Assembly: GCA_025340205.1 (NCBI GenBank) | Contig: CP006868.1 | Location: forward strand, 90,001 to 122,000 | From: Ignicoccus pacificus DSM 13166 | GTDB taxonomy: Archaea; Thermoproteota; Thermoprotei_A; Sulfolobales; Ignicoccaceae | Reading direction: 5' to 3' | DNA length: 32,000 nt | In this document: positions 16,167 to 25,180 of the stretch, one piece after another | Numbering within the stretch: position 1 is the stretch's first letter | Layout: the number at the start of each line of letters is the position of its first letter | Translations under genes and position numbers: made by a program | The notes under the pieces: generated by a model | The model's database searches: none | What the model was told of the DNA's origin: nothing | Seen by the model: only the letters and a program-made list of their open reading frames with translations

Positions 16167-17918
16167 TTGAGGAAGGTCTTCAAAAAACTTGAAAACGTCG
16201 ATGTAGCCTTTCAGAAGCTCGTAAACGCCGTTCCCCCGAGACCTCCTAAGCCCCTCGAGGTGAGCCTACACGAGGCGTTGGGGTACTACTTAGCTGAAGA
16301 CGTATACTCTTCCATTAACATTCCTCCCTTTCCAAGAAGTAGCGTTGATGGCTACGCAGTGAACTCTAGATCGACATGGGGGGCCAGTGAGGATGAACCC
16401 GTTAAGCTCAAGGTTAAGGGAAAGGTAAAGGTAGGAGAGGAGGCGAAGGTAGAGGTGGGAGAAGGTGAGGCCGTAGAGGTCGATACTGGTTCGATGATTC
16501 CGCCTGGAGCTGACGCGGTAGTTCCCGTGGAGTACGTCAAGGAGGTGGAGGACAGCATACTGGTTTACAGAGCTGTGACGCCAGGCGAGAACGTGCTATG
16601 GCCCGCCACCGACGTCTACTACGGGGAGTTGATAGCGAGGAGCGGTGAAAGGATAACATCGAGGACTATAGCAGCTTTATCTTCAATAGGAAAAGGCAAG
16701 GTCAACGTCTGGAAGCTCAAGGTGGCAGTGATCTCCACTGGAAACGAGCTCGTCGAACCCGGCAACCCGCTTCCTCCCGGAAAGGTTTACGACGTCAACA
16801 CGTTCTCCCTTTCCGCTAGGCTAAGGGAGGAGGGATTCGAGCCCATAGTGATAGGAGTGGTACCAGATGACTATGAGAAGTTGAAAGAAGCTATACTAAA
16901 GGGTTTGGAAGTAGCCGATGTAGTAATTACCAGCGGGTCTACCTCCGCTGGTCCGGAGGATATGGTCTATAGAGTAGTAGGTGAGCTTGGCGAAATAATA
17001 GTTCATGGTCTAGCTTTCAAGCCCGGTAAGCCAGTCATGCTAGGAAGGATAGGAGAGAAGCCCGTGTTCGGTTTAGCCGGTCACCCAGACTCAGCGTACT
17101 TTAACTTGGAGAAGATAGTAATCCCCTACTTGAAGATGTGTGTTAAAGCGAGAAGAACTACTGAGAGAAAGATTAAGGCTGTAGCCGCCAGCGCCTTCAC
17201 CCCAGCTCGCGGTCGCAGGACGCACATTCCGGTAAAGCTTCTCGAAGGAGATAGGTGGTATGCTTTCTCCAGCGCTTTGAGCGATCATGCCATGGTGAAG
17301 TACTCTCGGGCGGACGGTTACGTTACCATACCAGAAACGAGAAGGGCTCCGGTGGAAGTGGGCGAGGAGGTGGAGGTAACGCTCTTCCAAGAACCCGATT
17401 ATGATTATGCCTTCATTGGAGATGTGGACGTGTTCGTGGATAACGCGCTGAAGACGTTCGAGAAGAATGTGAAGGTTCTACCCCTAGGTTCCTTCGCCGG
17501 TTCCCTTGCCTCTGAGAAGAACTTGAAGGCCGTCTGGCTTTCCCCCTCTGCTAAGGGAGAGGAACTAGAGGTAGAGCTGGTGATAGTAGGTGAGGAGGGG
17601 AAGAGACTAGCCTTCCCTCATCCAGCCACCTTCTTGTATCGCGGATATAGAGAGTTCTTAAAGAAGAGAGGATTAAGGGAAGCGGAGGCGCGTAAGAAGT
17701 ATTTACACGTCGGCGCCTACCCCTCCCCTCAGGCGGTGTCATATGCCGTAAAGAGGGGATTTGCCGACTTCGGCATAACCACGCTGACCAGCGCGCTAAA
17801 GGAAGGGTTGAGCTACGAACCATTGATGATGATAAAGCTGAGGCTAGGATGGCATCCATCTCAAAAGGAGCTAGCAGAGTACATACTCTCAGAGTACGAA
17901 AGGGTGAGGGTTAGGTGA
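16167..17918 (+). CDS. moeA: Molybdopterin molybdenumtransferase MoeA with C-terminal substrate-binding-protein-like domain
   Basis: NIPPFPRSSVDGYAV, VEVDTGSMIPPGADAVVPVE, VISTGNELVEPG, YDVNTFSLSARL, ITSGSTSAGPEDM, KPVFGLAGHPDSAY; residues about 400-583 resemble the PBP-like domain of archaeal MoeA fusions. Confidence 0.9.
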   Translation: MRKVFKKLENVDVAFQKLVNAVPPRPPKPLEVSLHEALGYYLAEDVYSSINIPPFPRSSVDGYAVNSRSTWGASEDEPVKLKVKGKVKVGEEAKVEVGEGEAVEVDTGSMIPPGADAVVPVEYVKEVEDSILVYRAVTPGENVLWPATDVYYGELIARSGERITSRTIAALSSIGKGKVNVWKLKVAVISTGNELVEPGNPLPPGKVYDVNTFSLSARLREEGFEPIVIGVVPDDYEKLKEAILKGLEVADVVITSGSTSAGPEDMVYRVVGELGEIIVHGLAFKPGKPVMLGRIGEKPVFGLAGHPDSAYFNLEKIVIPYLKMCVKARRTTERKIKAVAASAFTPARGRRTHIPVKLLEGDRWYAFSSALSDHAMVKYSRADGYVTIPETRRAPVEVGEEVEVTLFQEPDYDYAFIGDVDVFVDNALKTFEKNVKVLPLGSFAGSLASEKNLKAVWLSPSAKGEELEVELVIVGEEGKRLAFPHPATFLYRGYREFLKKRGLREAEARKKYLHVGAYPSPQAVSYAVKRGFADFGITTLTSALKEGLSYEPLMMIKLRLGWHPSQKELAEYILSEYERVRVR

Positions 17919-18670
17919 AGCACGTCATCGAAGTGGAAAAGGTATGGAAAGTATATAGACTCGGCAAGGTCGATTACCCAGCCCTTAGAGGAATAACGTT
18001 GAGGGTACCCAAAGGAGCCTTTCTAGTGATATTAGGTCCCTCTGGGTCCGGAAAGAGTACTCTCCTCCATTTAATGGGAGCACTTGATACTCCTACTAAG
18101 GGAACGGTTAGGGTAAATGGGAAGAATATAGCTCACATGAACGACGTCGAGAGGGCGAAGATAAGAAGGGATTCAATAGGCTTCGTCTTTCAGCAGTTCT
18201 TCCTTATACCGAGACTAACAGCTCTGGAAAACGTCGAGGTCCCTATGATAGCTAAAGGAGTCCCCTCGAGAAAGAGAAAGGAAAGGGCCAAAGAGTTACT
18301 GAAGATGGTGGGATTGGAAGGTAAGGAGAACAAGAGACCTCACGAGCTCTCCGGAGGAGAGCAACAGAGGGTAGCCATAGCCAGAGCCTTAGCAAACGAT
18401 CCCGAGATAATACTGGCGGACGAGCCCACGGGGAACTTGGATAGTGTTACCTCCGAGGTAATAATGAATATGATGTTAGAGCTTAACAAAGATATGGGGA
18501 AGACGGTAGTTGTGGTGACTCACAACCCGGAGCAAGTGAAGTATGCCCACGCTGTCGTCAGAATAAGGGACGGGAGAGTTGAGAGAGTTGAGGAAGGAGG
18601 CAGAAAGCCCTTCTTCGACCTCGATGAGATAGCTCCAGGGAAGGCAATTACTTCGAAATCTTTATCTTAA
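17915..18670 (+). CDS. ABC transporter ATP-binding protein, LolD/MacB-type
   Basis: Walker A GPSGSGKSTLLHLMGALDTPTKG, GFVFQQFFLIPRLTALENVEVPMI, signature LSGGEQQRVAIARALAND, DEPTGNLDS. GTG start overlaps the moeA stop. Confidence 0.88.
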   Translation: MKHVIEVEKVWKVYRLGKVDYPALRGITLRVPKGAFLVILGPSGSGKSTLLHLMGALDTPTKGTVRVNGKNIAHMNDVERAKIRRDSIGFVFQQFFLIPRLTALENVEVPMIAKGVPSRKRKERAKELLKMVGLEGKENKRPHELSGGEQQRVAIARALANDPEIILADEPTGNLDSVTSEVIMNMMLELNKDMGKTVVVVTHNPEQVKYAHAVVRIRDGRVERVEEGGRKPFFDLDEIAPGKAITSKSLS

Positions 18671-19181
18671 TTTTATCGTTCTCCCTGATGATCTCAGTCT
18701 TACTGTTTCTGGCCGTTTTCACGTAGAACGACTGGTAATGTATTCCTAATACGTTCACGAAGTCGATGGCATCGCCTTCCAGCTCTACCTCGTTTCCGTA
18801 GAGTCTGAGGACGCTTCCCTTGTTCTTATCCAGTACTTCCAAAGTTATGTAGTGTTTGTTGGCCGAAGCTCTGATGCCCAGCTCTCCTTTACCTAATATC
18901 TTGTCCTCCTCGGCGATGGCCTCGCCTTTGAGGCTATCCCATACGGGCAAGTACTTCTCGCCCGTGGCGCCTACGATTATGTGGTTACCATAGCTGTTGG
19001 TCTTAGGAGGAGACTCGTATTCGGCCTCCATGTATATTCCCTCATCGCTCATGCGAATCTTCGTCCAGCTCGGGGACACGAGCACCACGTGCTCGCTGTT
19101 GAAGCTCCTCCCATCAACATCACACATATTGTTCTCAAACCTGATTCGGAACCTTTCCTTCATACTTGCGGGGATCAGCAC
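18648..19181 (-). CDS. Hypothetical protein, beta-rich
   Basis: 177 aa ORF of plausible composition (FRIRFENNMCDVDGRSFNSEHVVLVSPSWTKIRM...). No family recognised. Start possibly at Met about 19163. Confidence 0.55.
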   Translation of the reverse strand: MLIPASMKERFRIRFENNMCDVDGRSFNSEHVVLVSPSWTKIRMSDEGIYMEAEYESPPKTNSYGNHIIVGATGEKYLPVWDSLKGEAIAEEDKILGKGELGIRASANKHYITLEVLDKNKGSVLRLYGNEVELEGDAIDFVNVLGIHYQSFYVKTARNSKTEIIRENDKIKIKISK

Positions 19182-19255
19182 GGCACTCCCACCCGGGATC
19201 GCTTACTTTAGGCTTCGTTAGGTGGAACGCGCTCGGGAGATATAAGGTGAGTGGC

Positions 19256-20632
19256 TTGAAGGTCCTACTGGTCGGCGGCGGTTCCAGGGAACATGCTATA
19301 GGAGAGAGATTAGTGAAGGAGGGGGCCTCGCTATCCTTCATTTCCTCTAACCTAAACCCCGGCCTCCTAAAGCTCAGCAAGGATAGTGGGGGAGAGTACT
19401 TCAAGGGATCGCCCACGGATCCTGAAGAAGTGCTCGAGGCTGCTAGGAAGCTGAAGCCCGAACTCGTGGTAATAGGTCCAGAGGAGCCTCAGTTCAGAGG
19501 AGTCGCTGATAAGTTAAGGGAAGCCGGCTTCCTGGTATTCGGAGCTTCATCCAAGGCCTCAGAGATTGAAAAGAGTAAGGTGTTTGCTAGGAGCCTAATG
19601 AAAAAGTATAACATACCTGGAAACTTGGAGTTCTGGTTCTTCGAAAGCTGGAGGGAAGCGTTGGAGTTTTTGGAGAGAGCCGGGAACGTCGCCATAAAAC
19701 CTGCCAGACAAGCGGGCGGAAAAGGCGTGAAGGTAATAGCCGACATGCAAGCTTATCTTTCTGAGGAAAAGAAGCAGATTAAGGCAATCCACGCTAAGAG
19801 GATATTAGAAGAGGTCATGGCTAAATATACTGATATCAAGGAGAAGCTCTTGGTTGAGGAAAGGGTCGAGGGCGTCGAGTATACCGTTCAAGCCTTCACG
19901 GATGGAGAAAGGGTGATCCCACTTCCAGCGGTTCAAGATAATCCTCATCTCTTTGAATATGATATAGGACCGGAGACCGGAGGAATGGGCACCGTTCAAG
20001 GTCCCGGAAAGCTCCTCCCATTTCTAACAGAAGAGGAGTATAACTTTGCGGTAAAAATATTGGAACAAGTAGTAAGAGCCATTGCCAAGGAAACCGGCGA
20101 GAAGTACATAGGAGCGATATCCGCTCAGATGATGCTTACTACGAAGGGTCCAGTCTTGATAGAGTTCTACTCTAGATTAGGCGATCCCGAGGCTGTTAAT
20201 GTGATGAACGTAGTTGAAGGAAACGTACTCGAAATAATGTATTCAGCGGCACAAGGTGAGTTGAAGGGAGAGCTCAGGGCTAGAGACGTAGCTAGTACGG
20301 TCAAGTGTATAGCCCCGATGGGATACCCTGAGAGGAGGGATTTGGCTAAGGGTCACGAGGTAGTCGTTGAGGAGTGCGAAGGCGCTAAGATATACTACGG
20401 AGCGGTTGACGTAAAGAACGGAAAGATGATTAGCACCGGCTCTAGGGCTATAGAGGTATATGCGGAAGCCGAAGACGTAGTCAAAGCAGCTGAGAAGGCC
20501 AACGCTTGTGCAAGAAGGGTCAAGTTCGTAAACTGGAAGTCTGTATGGCGTCCTGATATAGGTTCTGAATGGTACATTAACAGGAGAAAAGAGATGGCCG
20601 AATTCGTAAGGACTATCGCTAGTATGAGATAA
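19256..20632 (+). CDS. purD: Phosphoribosylamine-glycine ligase (ORF opens at 19166; likely start is TTG at about 19256)
   Basis: KVLLVGGGSREHAIGERLVKEG, VVIGPEEPQFRGVADKLREAG, GASSKASEIEKSK, KPARQAGGKGVKV, ERVEGVEYTVQAFTDG, GPETGGMGT, FYSRLGDPEAVNVM. Confidence 0.94.
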   Translation: MKVLLVGGGSREHAIGERLVKEGASLSFISSNLNPGLLKLSKDSGGEYFKGSPTDPEEVLEAARKLKPELVVIGPEEPQFRGVADKLREAGFLVFGASSKASEIEKSKVFARSLMKKYNIPGNLEFWFFESWREALEFLERAGNVAIKPARQAGGKGVKVIADMQAYLSEEKKQIKAIHAKRILEEVMAKYTDIKEKLLVEERVEGVEYTVQAFTDGERVIPLPAVQDNPHLFEYDIGPETGGMGTVQGPGKLLPFLTEEEYNFAVKILEQVVRAIAKETGEKYIGAISAQMMLTTKGPVLIEFYSRLGDPEAVNVMNVVEGNVLEIMYSAAQGELKGELRARDVASTVKCIAPMGYPERRDLAKGHEVVVEECEGAKIYYGAVDVKNGKMISTGSRAIEVYAEAEDVVKAAEKANACARRVKFVNWKSVWRPDIGSEWYINRRKEMAEFVRTIASMR

Positions 20633-20675
20633 TGACCGATCGGAAAGGCGTTTCTCAACTAGTACTCTAAGAAAT

Positions 20676-20683
20676 CTTTTTAT
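20676..20683 (+). promoter_or_regulatory. Candidate TATA box (CTTTTTAT)
   Basis: Located about 36-43 bp upstream of the ATG at 20719 in an AT-rich intergenic region. Confidence 0.45.
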
Positions 20684-20718
20684 TTTTCTCAATATATGAG
20701 CTACACGGCGTGTAAGTA

Positions 20719-21471
20719 ATGTTCAGAGCGACCGACGATATCGACGTCGACGTAGGCCTTGAGGAGGAAGAGAGGAGCAAGAACGTCAGGGACTTGATAG
20801 AGGCAATTGGAGTAGGAACGTTAATATTGTTATCATTGGTCTTCATAAACTATGCATTAGTCAACTTGAATACAGGATATGATTGGTTTCCCTACGTAGC
20901 CGGTCCAATATTAGCGTCGCTCTTCATGATTTCCCTAATACCTATACTCTTGGCAAGAACTTACAAATTGTTCTTGATAGAACTAACGGTATTTATAATA
21001 ACCACCTTGATAAGTTATGTGTTGACGTATACGAACTCTACAGTTTTAGGCTATGAGAGCATACTACTACCCTTCGTGATACTGATACTTATTGCATTAT
21101 ACTTGCTCTGGTATGAAGAAGAGGAAAGGATATCGAGCACTATCGTATACTTGATACACGTCGCGTTGATTGCTATGGGATTCTTCTTGGCCATGATATT
21201 ATCTATGAAGATGGGCTGGGCATACGGAGCGGTGAGCCTCTGGATATACTTCATGCTCTCACTAGCCTTGTTTAGTGTAATAATATCGATATTCTCTGAA
21301 AGGAAAGCTCCAGTGATAGCGACGGTGTTGTTTACAGCCGTCCTCTTTGTGGTAGCGCTTTCTACTTCCCAGTTTGTGAAACCCGACGTAACGCTCTGGT
21401 TCGCAATGGCTCCAGTCCTCTGCGCTCTGATAGTTCCCCTTTATATAGCGATGGAGGCTGGATGGGAGTAA
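20719..21471 (+). CDS. Polytopic membrane protein of unknown function
   Basis: 250 aa, acidic N-terminus (DIDVDVGLEEEER) followed by about 7 hydrophobic helices. Confidence 0.75.
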   Translation: MFRATDDIDVDVGLEEEERSKNVRDLIEAIGVGTLILLSLVFINYALVNLNTGYDWFPYVAGPILASLFMISLIPILLARTYKLFLIELTVFIITTLISYVLTYTNSTVLGYESILLPFVILILIALYLLWYEEEERISSTIVYLIHVALIAMGFFLAMILSMKMGWAYGAVSLWIYFMLSLALFSVIISIFSERKAPVIATVLFTAVLFVVALSTSQFVKPDVTLWFAMAPVLCALIVPLYIAMEAGWE

Positions 21472-21518
21472 CTAATCTAAAAACTCCGTCTTCTTTCCAT
21501 CGCTGAGGGTAGAGAAGG

Positions 21519-22310
21519 ATGATAACTGCTAGCTGGGGAGCCCTAGCGTCTGTTATGAAGAGGGCGGACGTGGTGGTGGAGGTAATCGACGCTCGAACGC
21601 CGGTGACCACCAGAAGCAGGAGACTGGAAAGGCTAGCAGAGCTTATGAACAAGCCAATAGTGCTGGCTCTAAACAAGGCTGACTTGGTTCCTAGGGAGAT
21701 AGCTGAGGAATGGGTCAAGATGTTTAGGGCAGAAGGCTACGATGCAGTTTACCTAGCCGCCAGGGAACACAAGGGTACCAGAGTGCTTAGAGGATTCATC
21801 AACAGAGCTACTGATGTAAGGCCTATAGTGGTAGCGGTGGTCGGTTACCCCAAGACAGGGAAGAGCAGTATAATCAATGCTCTAAGGGGTAGAAGAGGTG
21901 CGCAGACTTCACCAGTTCCGGGAAGTCCCGGCTATACCAAGAAGCCTGGCATCTATCGAGGACCCGGCCAAATTTACTTCTTGGATACCCCCGGCGTGAT
22001 ACCTCCCGACGGTACTCCTCTAGAGAAGACTCTGAGGGGAGCGCCGCCCGAGAAGCTTAAGGATCCGGTGAAGCCAGCTGTCGAGCTAATCAAAATGATC
22101 AAGGAGTATAAGCCTAGGGCCATATTGGAAGCATATGGCTTCGATAAGGAGGATCCGTATGAGTTCTTAGAAGAGCTGGCGAGGAGAAGGGGTTGGTTCT
22201 ACAAAAGCGATCACGAGCCTTTGATAGAACAGGCCGCCATAGCGCTAATTATAGATTATCACAAGGGCAAGATACCCTTCTACATACCTCCTAGCGTTTA
22301 CAGACGTTAG
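21519..22310 (+). CDS. YlqF/RbgA-type circularly permuted GTPase (ribosome biogenesis)
   Basis: VVVEVIDARTPVTTRS, VLALNKADLVP (G4 before G1), VVGYPKTGKSSIINAL (G1), GSPGYTKK, IYFLDTPGVIPP (G3): permuted G-motif order. Confidence 0.9.
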   Translation: MITASWGALASVMKRADVVVEVIDARTPVTTRSRRLERLAELMNKPIVLALNKADLVPREIAEEWVKMFRAEGYDAVYLAAREHKGTRVLRGFINRATDVRPIVVAVVGYPKTGKSSIINALRGRRGAQTSPVPGSPGYTKKPGIYRGPGQIYFLDTPGVIPPDGTPLEKTLRGAPPEKLKDPVKPAVELIKMIKEYKPRAILEAYGFDKEDPYEFLEELARRRGWFYKSDHEPLIEQAAIALIIDYHKGKIPFYIPPSVYRR

Positions 22311-22448
22311 GCTCCGGGCCTGGTGTCTACGCTCACCGATCACCAATACCAGCCTTCATCATCGCCGAAGACCTATTGAAGGGAGAAGTTAATCAGCTAG
22401 CGGGGTGTGAGGATAGAATCCGGGACGGAACGGTGACGAGGCCGCTCT

Positions 22449-24383
22449 TCACCGACCCCATGGTAGTTCTTCAGGTTTTGTCGGGGTAATTGGAGTTCCC
22501 CAATAGACATGACCCTTGTAGAAGTCATTTATTATCGTTGCATTGTTGGGTAACTCTTCTAATATTACATCCTTATAACTTACATTAGGGATATTACCTA
22601 TAACGAATACTAAGGCCTTGCCCTCTCTTTGAGGATAAGGTAAGGGACACACACCTAGAGTTATCGTATTGTTTAACAGTCTATTTACCATGTTAATCTT
22701 CGAGTTTATGTACAACGGTGTAAGGCGGTATATCTTCTTGAGCAACCTCGTTAAATTAGTGCTTGGAGGGTAACTGGCCCAGCCGTTGATATAATCCTTG
22801 TAGCTCTTGGGAACGGCTAGAACCCATACGAAACCCATTTTTTCCTCGCTTATAGCGAAGAGCCAAGGAACGTACTCGTATAGATCTTCTCTATCTGGTG
22901 AATATACCAGTCCAACGACGTTGAAGCCATGCGTCTTAAGCCATCTAACTTCCCCTAACGCTAATGGGTAAGTATACTCCCAGTATATCTTAGGATCTAC
23001 CTTCATCCACAGAAAGTCTCCAGCCTTTATTCCCGAGTATGGGTTCAACCACGGCCATATTACTGCAACCTTGAGATGTTTGAACTCGACTACCTTGTGA
23101 AGGGTCGATTGAGTCTGGGTAACAGAGGTCGAAACCAGGACGAGATACACTAAGTAAAGGAATAAGAATTTCTTGATATCAAGCCTATTTTTGACCAGGA
23201 AGTAGATTAATATAACGACGGTTACGTGGTAAGCTAACAGTGCTGGCAGTCCGGGAGCGTTCAATAAAGGACGAAGGGAGCCGAGAGACCTGTAGATGTG
23301 GACTATGCTGGTCCCGAGGGCGTTGAGCACGTCTTCAGCTAAATAGCCTAGAGGACCGTAAGCGGTTCCCATTGAGAGGTCCACGATCATAGCGAAGATG
23401 CTTGGTAATAGCAGCCACTTGTAGGGAGCACCTGCAAAGAGAAAGACCACAAAAGGCAATAAGAGGTTCTGAGGACTCACCACTTTACTAAACAGTATGA
23501 ACCCTAATGAAGCCAATGCCATAGAGCCTATGAAGTTACCTCTAATTGACTTGAAGAAGCTCCATATAAGAATACCTAGGAAGGCTGCGGAGAGTACATA
23601 GGAGCCTATGCCCACTTTGGGCATAGGCTTTCCAAAGCAAGGGGCTACGAGGTTAGCGATGTGGAACGTCGACGCATCTCCGGCGACAGCGATTAGAGGA
23701 ACTCCCGTGTAACCTAGCGAGGCCGGAGGTCTCTCTCCATGAAAGGCTAGCACGTCTTCTATAAAGGGCTTACCGAAGAACGGTAATACTATAGCAATGC
23801 TTAAGAGAGTAACTAAGATCATCTCCTTAAGTCTTCTCTCTTTTAGCCAATAGCCGACGAAGGCCGGTAGTGTGAGCCAAGTTATCTGCTTGGTGACCAG
23901 GCTGAGAGAATAAAACACCCAATAGTTCTTCTCCTTTTTGTAAAGACGGTAGAGGGCCTCTACGAATAACGCCGTAGCTAAGGAATCTGGCATTCCGTGA
24001 ATGGCCGTTGTGAACCAGAATAAGGGATTGAATACTATGAACTTGTAGGAACCCTTTCGAAGCTCTTCAGCCCTCTTAGCTATCCAGAAGACCGACCCCA
24101 CGACTACTATTTTGTCTACGATTCTAAACGTAAAGATATTTAGGATATGCAATATATACAAGGGTAAGGATAGGGCACTCCATACGAGTAAGGAGAACGG
24201 AGGGTAAGCGAACCATTGAGGATAGGGAACAGGATTGGAGTATATCCAAGGAGCGTTTGAAGGTACGTTATATGGGTTATGACCATGAAGGAGAAGCTGA
24301 ACAGTGTAGTAGAATACCAAGACATCGTAGTGATGTTGCGTCAGCGGTGCTGGCAGTAGATAGAGCAAGAGTTCGGCGATCAT
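22449..24383 (-). CDS. Polytopic membrane protein, GT-C/GT87-like glycosyltransferase-type N-terminal part plus unassigned C-terminal region
   Basis: 644 aa, many TM helices; HGHNPYNVPSNAPWIYSNPVPYPQWFAYPPFSLLVWS and HGMPDSLATALFVEALYRLYKKEKNYWVFYSLSLVTKQITWL resemble the mannosyltransferase-type GT-C pattern. Confidence 0.6.
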   Translation of the reverse strand: MIAELLLYLLPAPLTQHHYDVLVFYYTVQLLLHGHNPYNVPSNAPWIYSNPVPYPQWFAYPPFSLLVWSALSLPLYILHILNIFTFRIVDKIVVVGSVFWIAKRAEELRKGSYKFIVFNPLFWFTTAIHGMPDSLATALFVEALYRLYKKEKNYWVFYSLSLVTKQITWLTLPAFVGYWLKERRLKEMILVTLLSIAIVLPFFGKPFIEDVLAFHGERPPASLGYTGVPLIAVAGDASTFHIANLVAPCFGKPMPKVGIGSYVLSAAFLGILIWSFFKSIRGNFIGSMALASLGFILFSKVVSPQNLLLPFVVFLFAGAPYKWLLLPSIFAMIVDLSMGTAYGPLGYLAEDVLNALGTSIVHIYRSLGSLRPLLNAPGLPALLAYHVTVVILIYFLVKNRLDIKKFLFLYLVYLVLVSTSVTQTQSTLHKVVEFKHLKVAVIWPWLNPYSGIKAGDFLWMKVDPKIYWEYTYPLALGEVRWLKTHGFNVVGLVYSPDREDLYEYVPWLFAISEEKMGFVWVLAVPKSYKDYINGWASYPPSTNLTRLLKKIYRLTPLYINSKINMVNRLLNNTITLGVCPLPYPQREGKALVFVIGNIPNVSYKDVILEELPNNATIINDFYKGHVYWGTPITPTKPEELPWGR

Positions 24384-24436
24384 CCCTTACGGCCCTGTGT
24401 GCACGGAGGGCGAGAACCTTTAAGAGAGTCGAAGGT

Positions 24437-25162
24437 TTATACAATGTAAAGGTGATCTCCTACTCCCTTGTCTCCCTTTAAGCTCTCCAGAACCTTCTTT
24501 CTCTTTTTGCTGTGTTTTAGGATAGTGTCTATTTGTATCTCGGTGAGCTTGGCCATATACTTCGCTAGCTCACCGTCATCACTCTCGTCCATAAGCTTCT
24601 TCTTTAACAACTCCATTATACTTTCTATACCTTTATTGAACGTAAGTACGCGGGAGCTTACGTATCTCTCATAGTCGGCAGGATCTTCAACGGTCTCGAT
24701 AAGCTGTATCACCTCTGGGTAGATGTATTGTTCTATTAGGTCAGTTAAGGCTTTCATCTGCTTTACTATGGTATCGTAGTCCTCCTTCTCCTTGTTAAAT
24801 GCCTCATACAAGAGCTTCTCAAAGCTCTCACTCAGCTCGTTATGCTTCCTTACTATGGCACGTATATTATCTATTACATTGCTAGCGTTTTCGCTTATGT
24901 TTGGTGTTAATATCAAGTTTATGTAAATGCTACTGAACATTGTAATTAAATTAAGTGAGTCTCTCTTAACGAAGTCTCCAGCTATGTATCCTAGGGTTGG
25001 TAGCGCGCCAAAGGTTACCTTAAGACCCCTTTCCAAGTCCTTGATCAGATAATACGCCTCTATGTTAAACAATCCAATTACGTTTTCGTTTTCATCGGTG
25101 ATGCCGTGAATCGTCTCCGGTGGCACTTCTCTTTTAACATCCTCGTAGGTCAACTTGTACAA
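24437..25162 (-). CDS. Helical protein of unknown function
   Basis: 241 aa, low-complexity-free, helix-rich, charged. In a minus-strand run with a phosphatase and a membrane protein. Confidence 0.65.
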   Translation of the reverse strand: MYKLTYEDVKREVPPETIHGITDENENVIGLFNIEAYYLIKDLERGLKVTFGALPTLGYIAGDFVKRDSLNLITMFSSIYINLILTPNISENASNVIDNIRAIVRKHNELSESFEKLLYEAFNKEKEDYDTIVKQMKALTDLIEQYIYPEVIQLIETVEDPADYERYVSSRVLTFNKGIESIMELLKKKLMDESDDGELAKYMAKLTEIQIDTILKHSKKRKKVLESLKGDKGVGDHLYIV

Positions 25163-25180
25163 TATTCTTCACCTCTTAGG

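Noticed and set aside
20243-20692. 149 aa minus-strand ORF
   Set aside because: Antisense to purD and the intergenic region, with no domain features; conserved PurD motifs on the plus strand explain the sequence.
22330-22366. Minus-strand ATGATGA (C-box-like) suggesting a C/D box sRNA
   Set aside because: No properly spaced CTGA D or D' box follows.
22380-22430. Short resemblance to 5S rRNA (GAAGTTAA...GCTAGCG) and to the RNase P CR-I motif (GAGGATAGAATCCGGG versus GAGGAAAGTCC)
   Set aside because: The surrounding helices and universal nucleotides do not fit either fold, and an RNase P RNA would have to extend deep into a convincing coding gene.
24384-24436. Possible tRNA or snoRNA in the spacer before the GT-C-like gene
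   Set aside because: Too short for a tRNA and without C/D or H/ACA boxes; better explained as a 5' leader.
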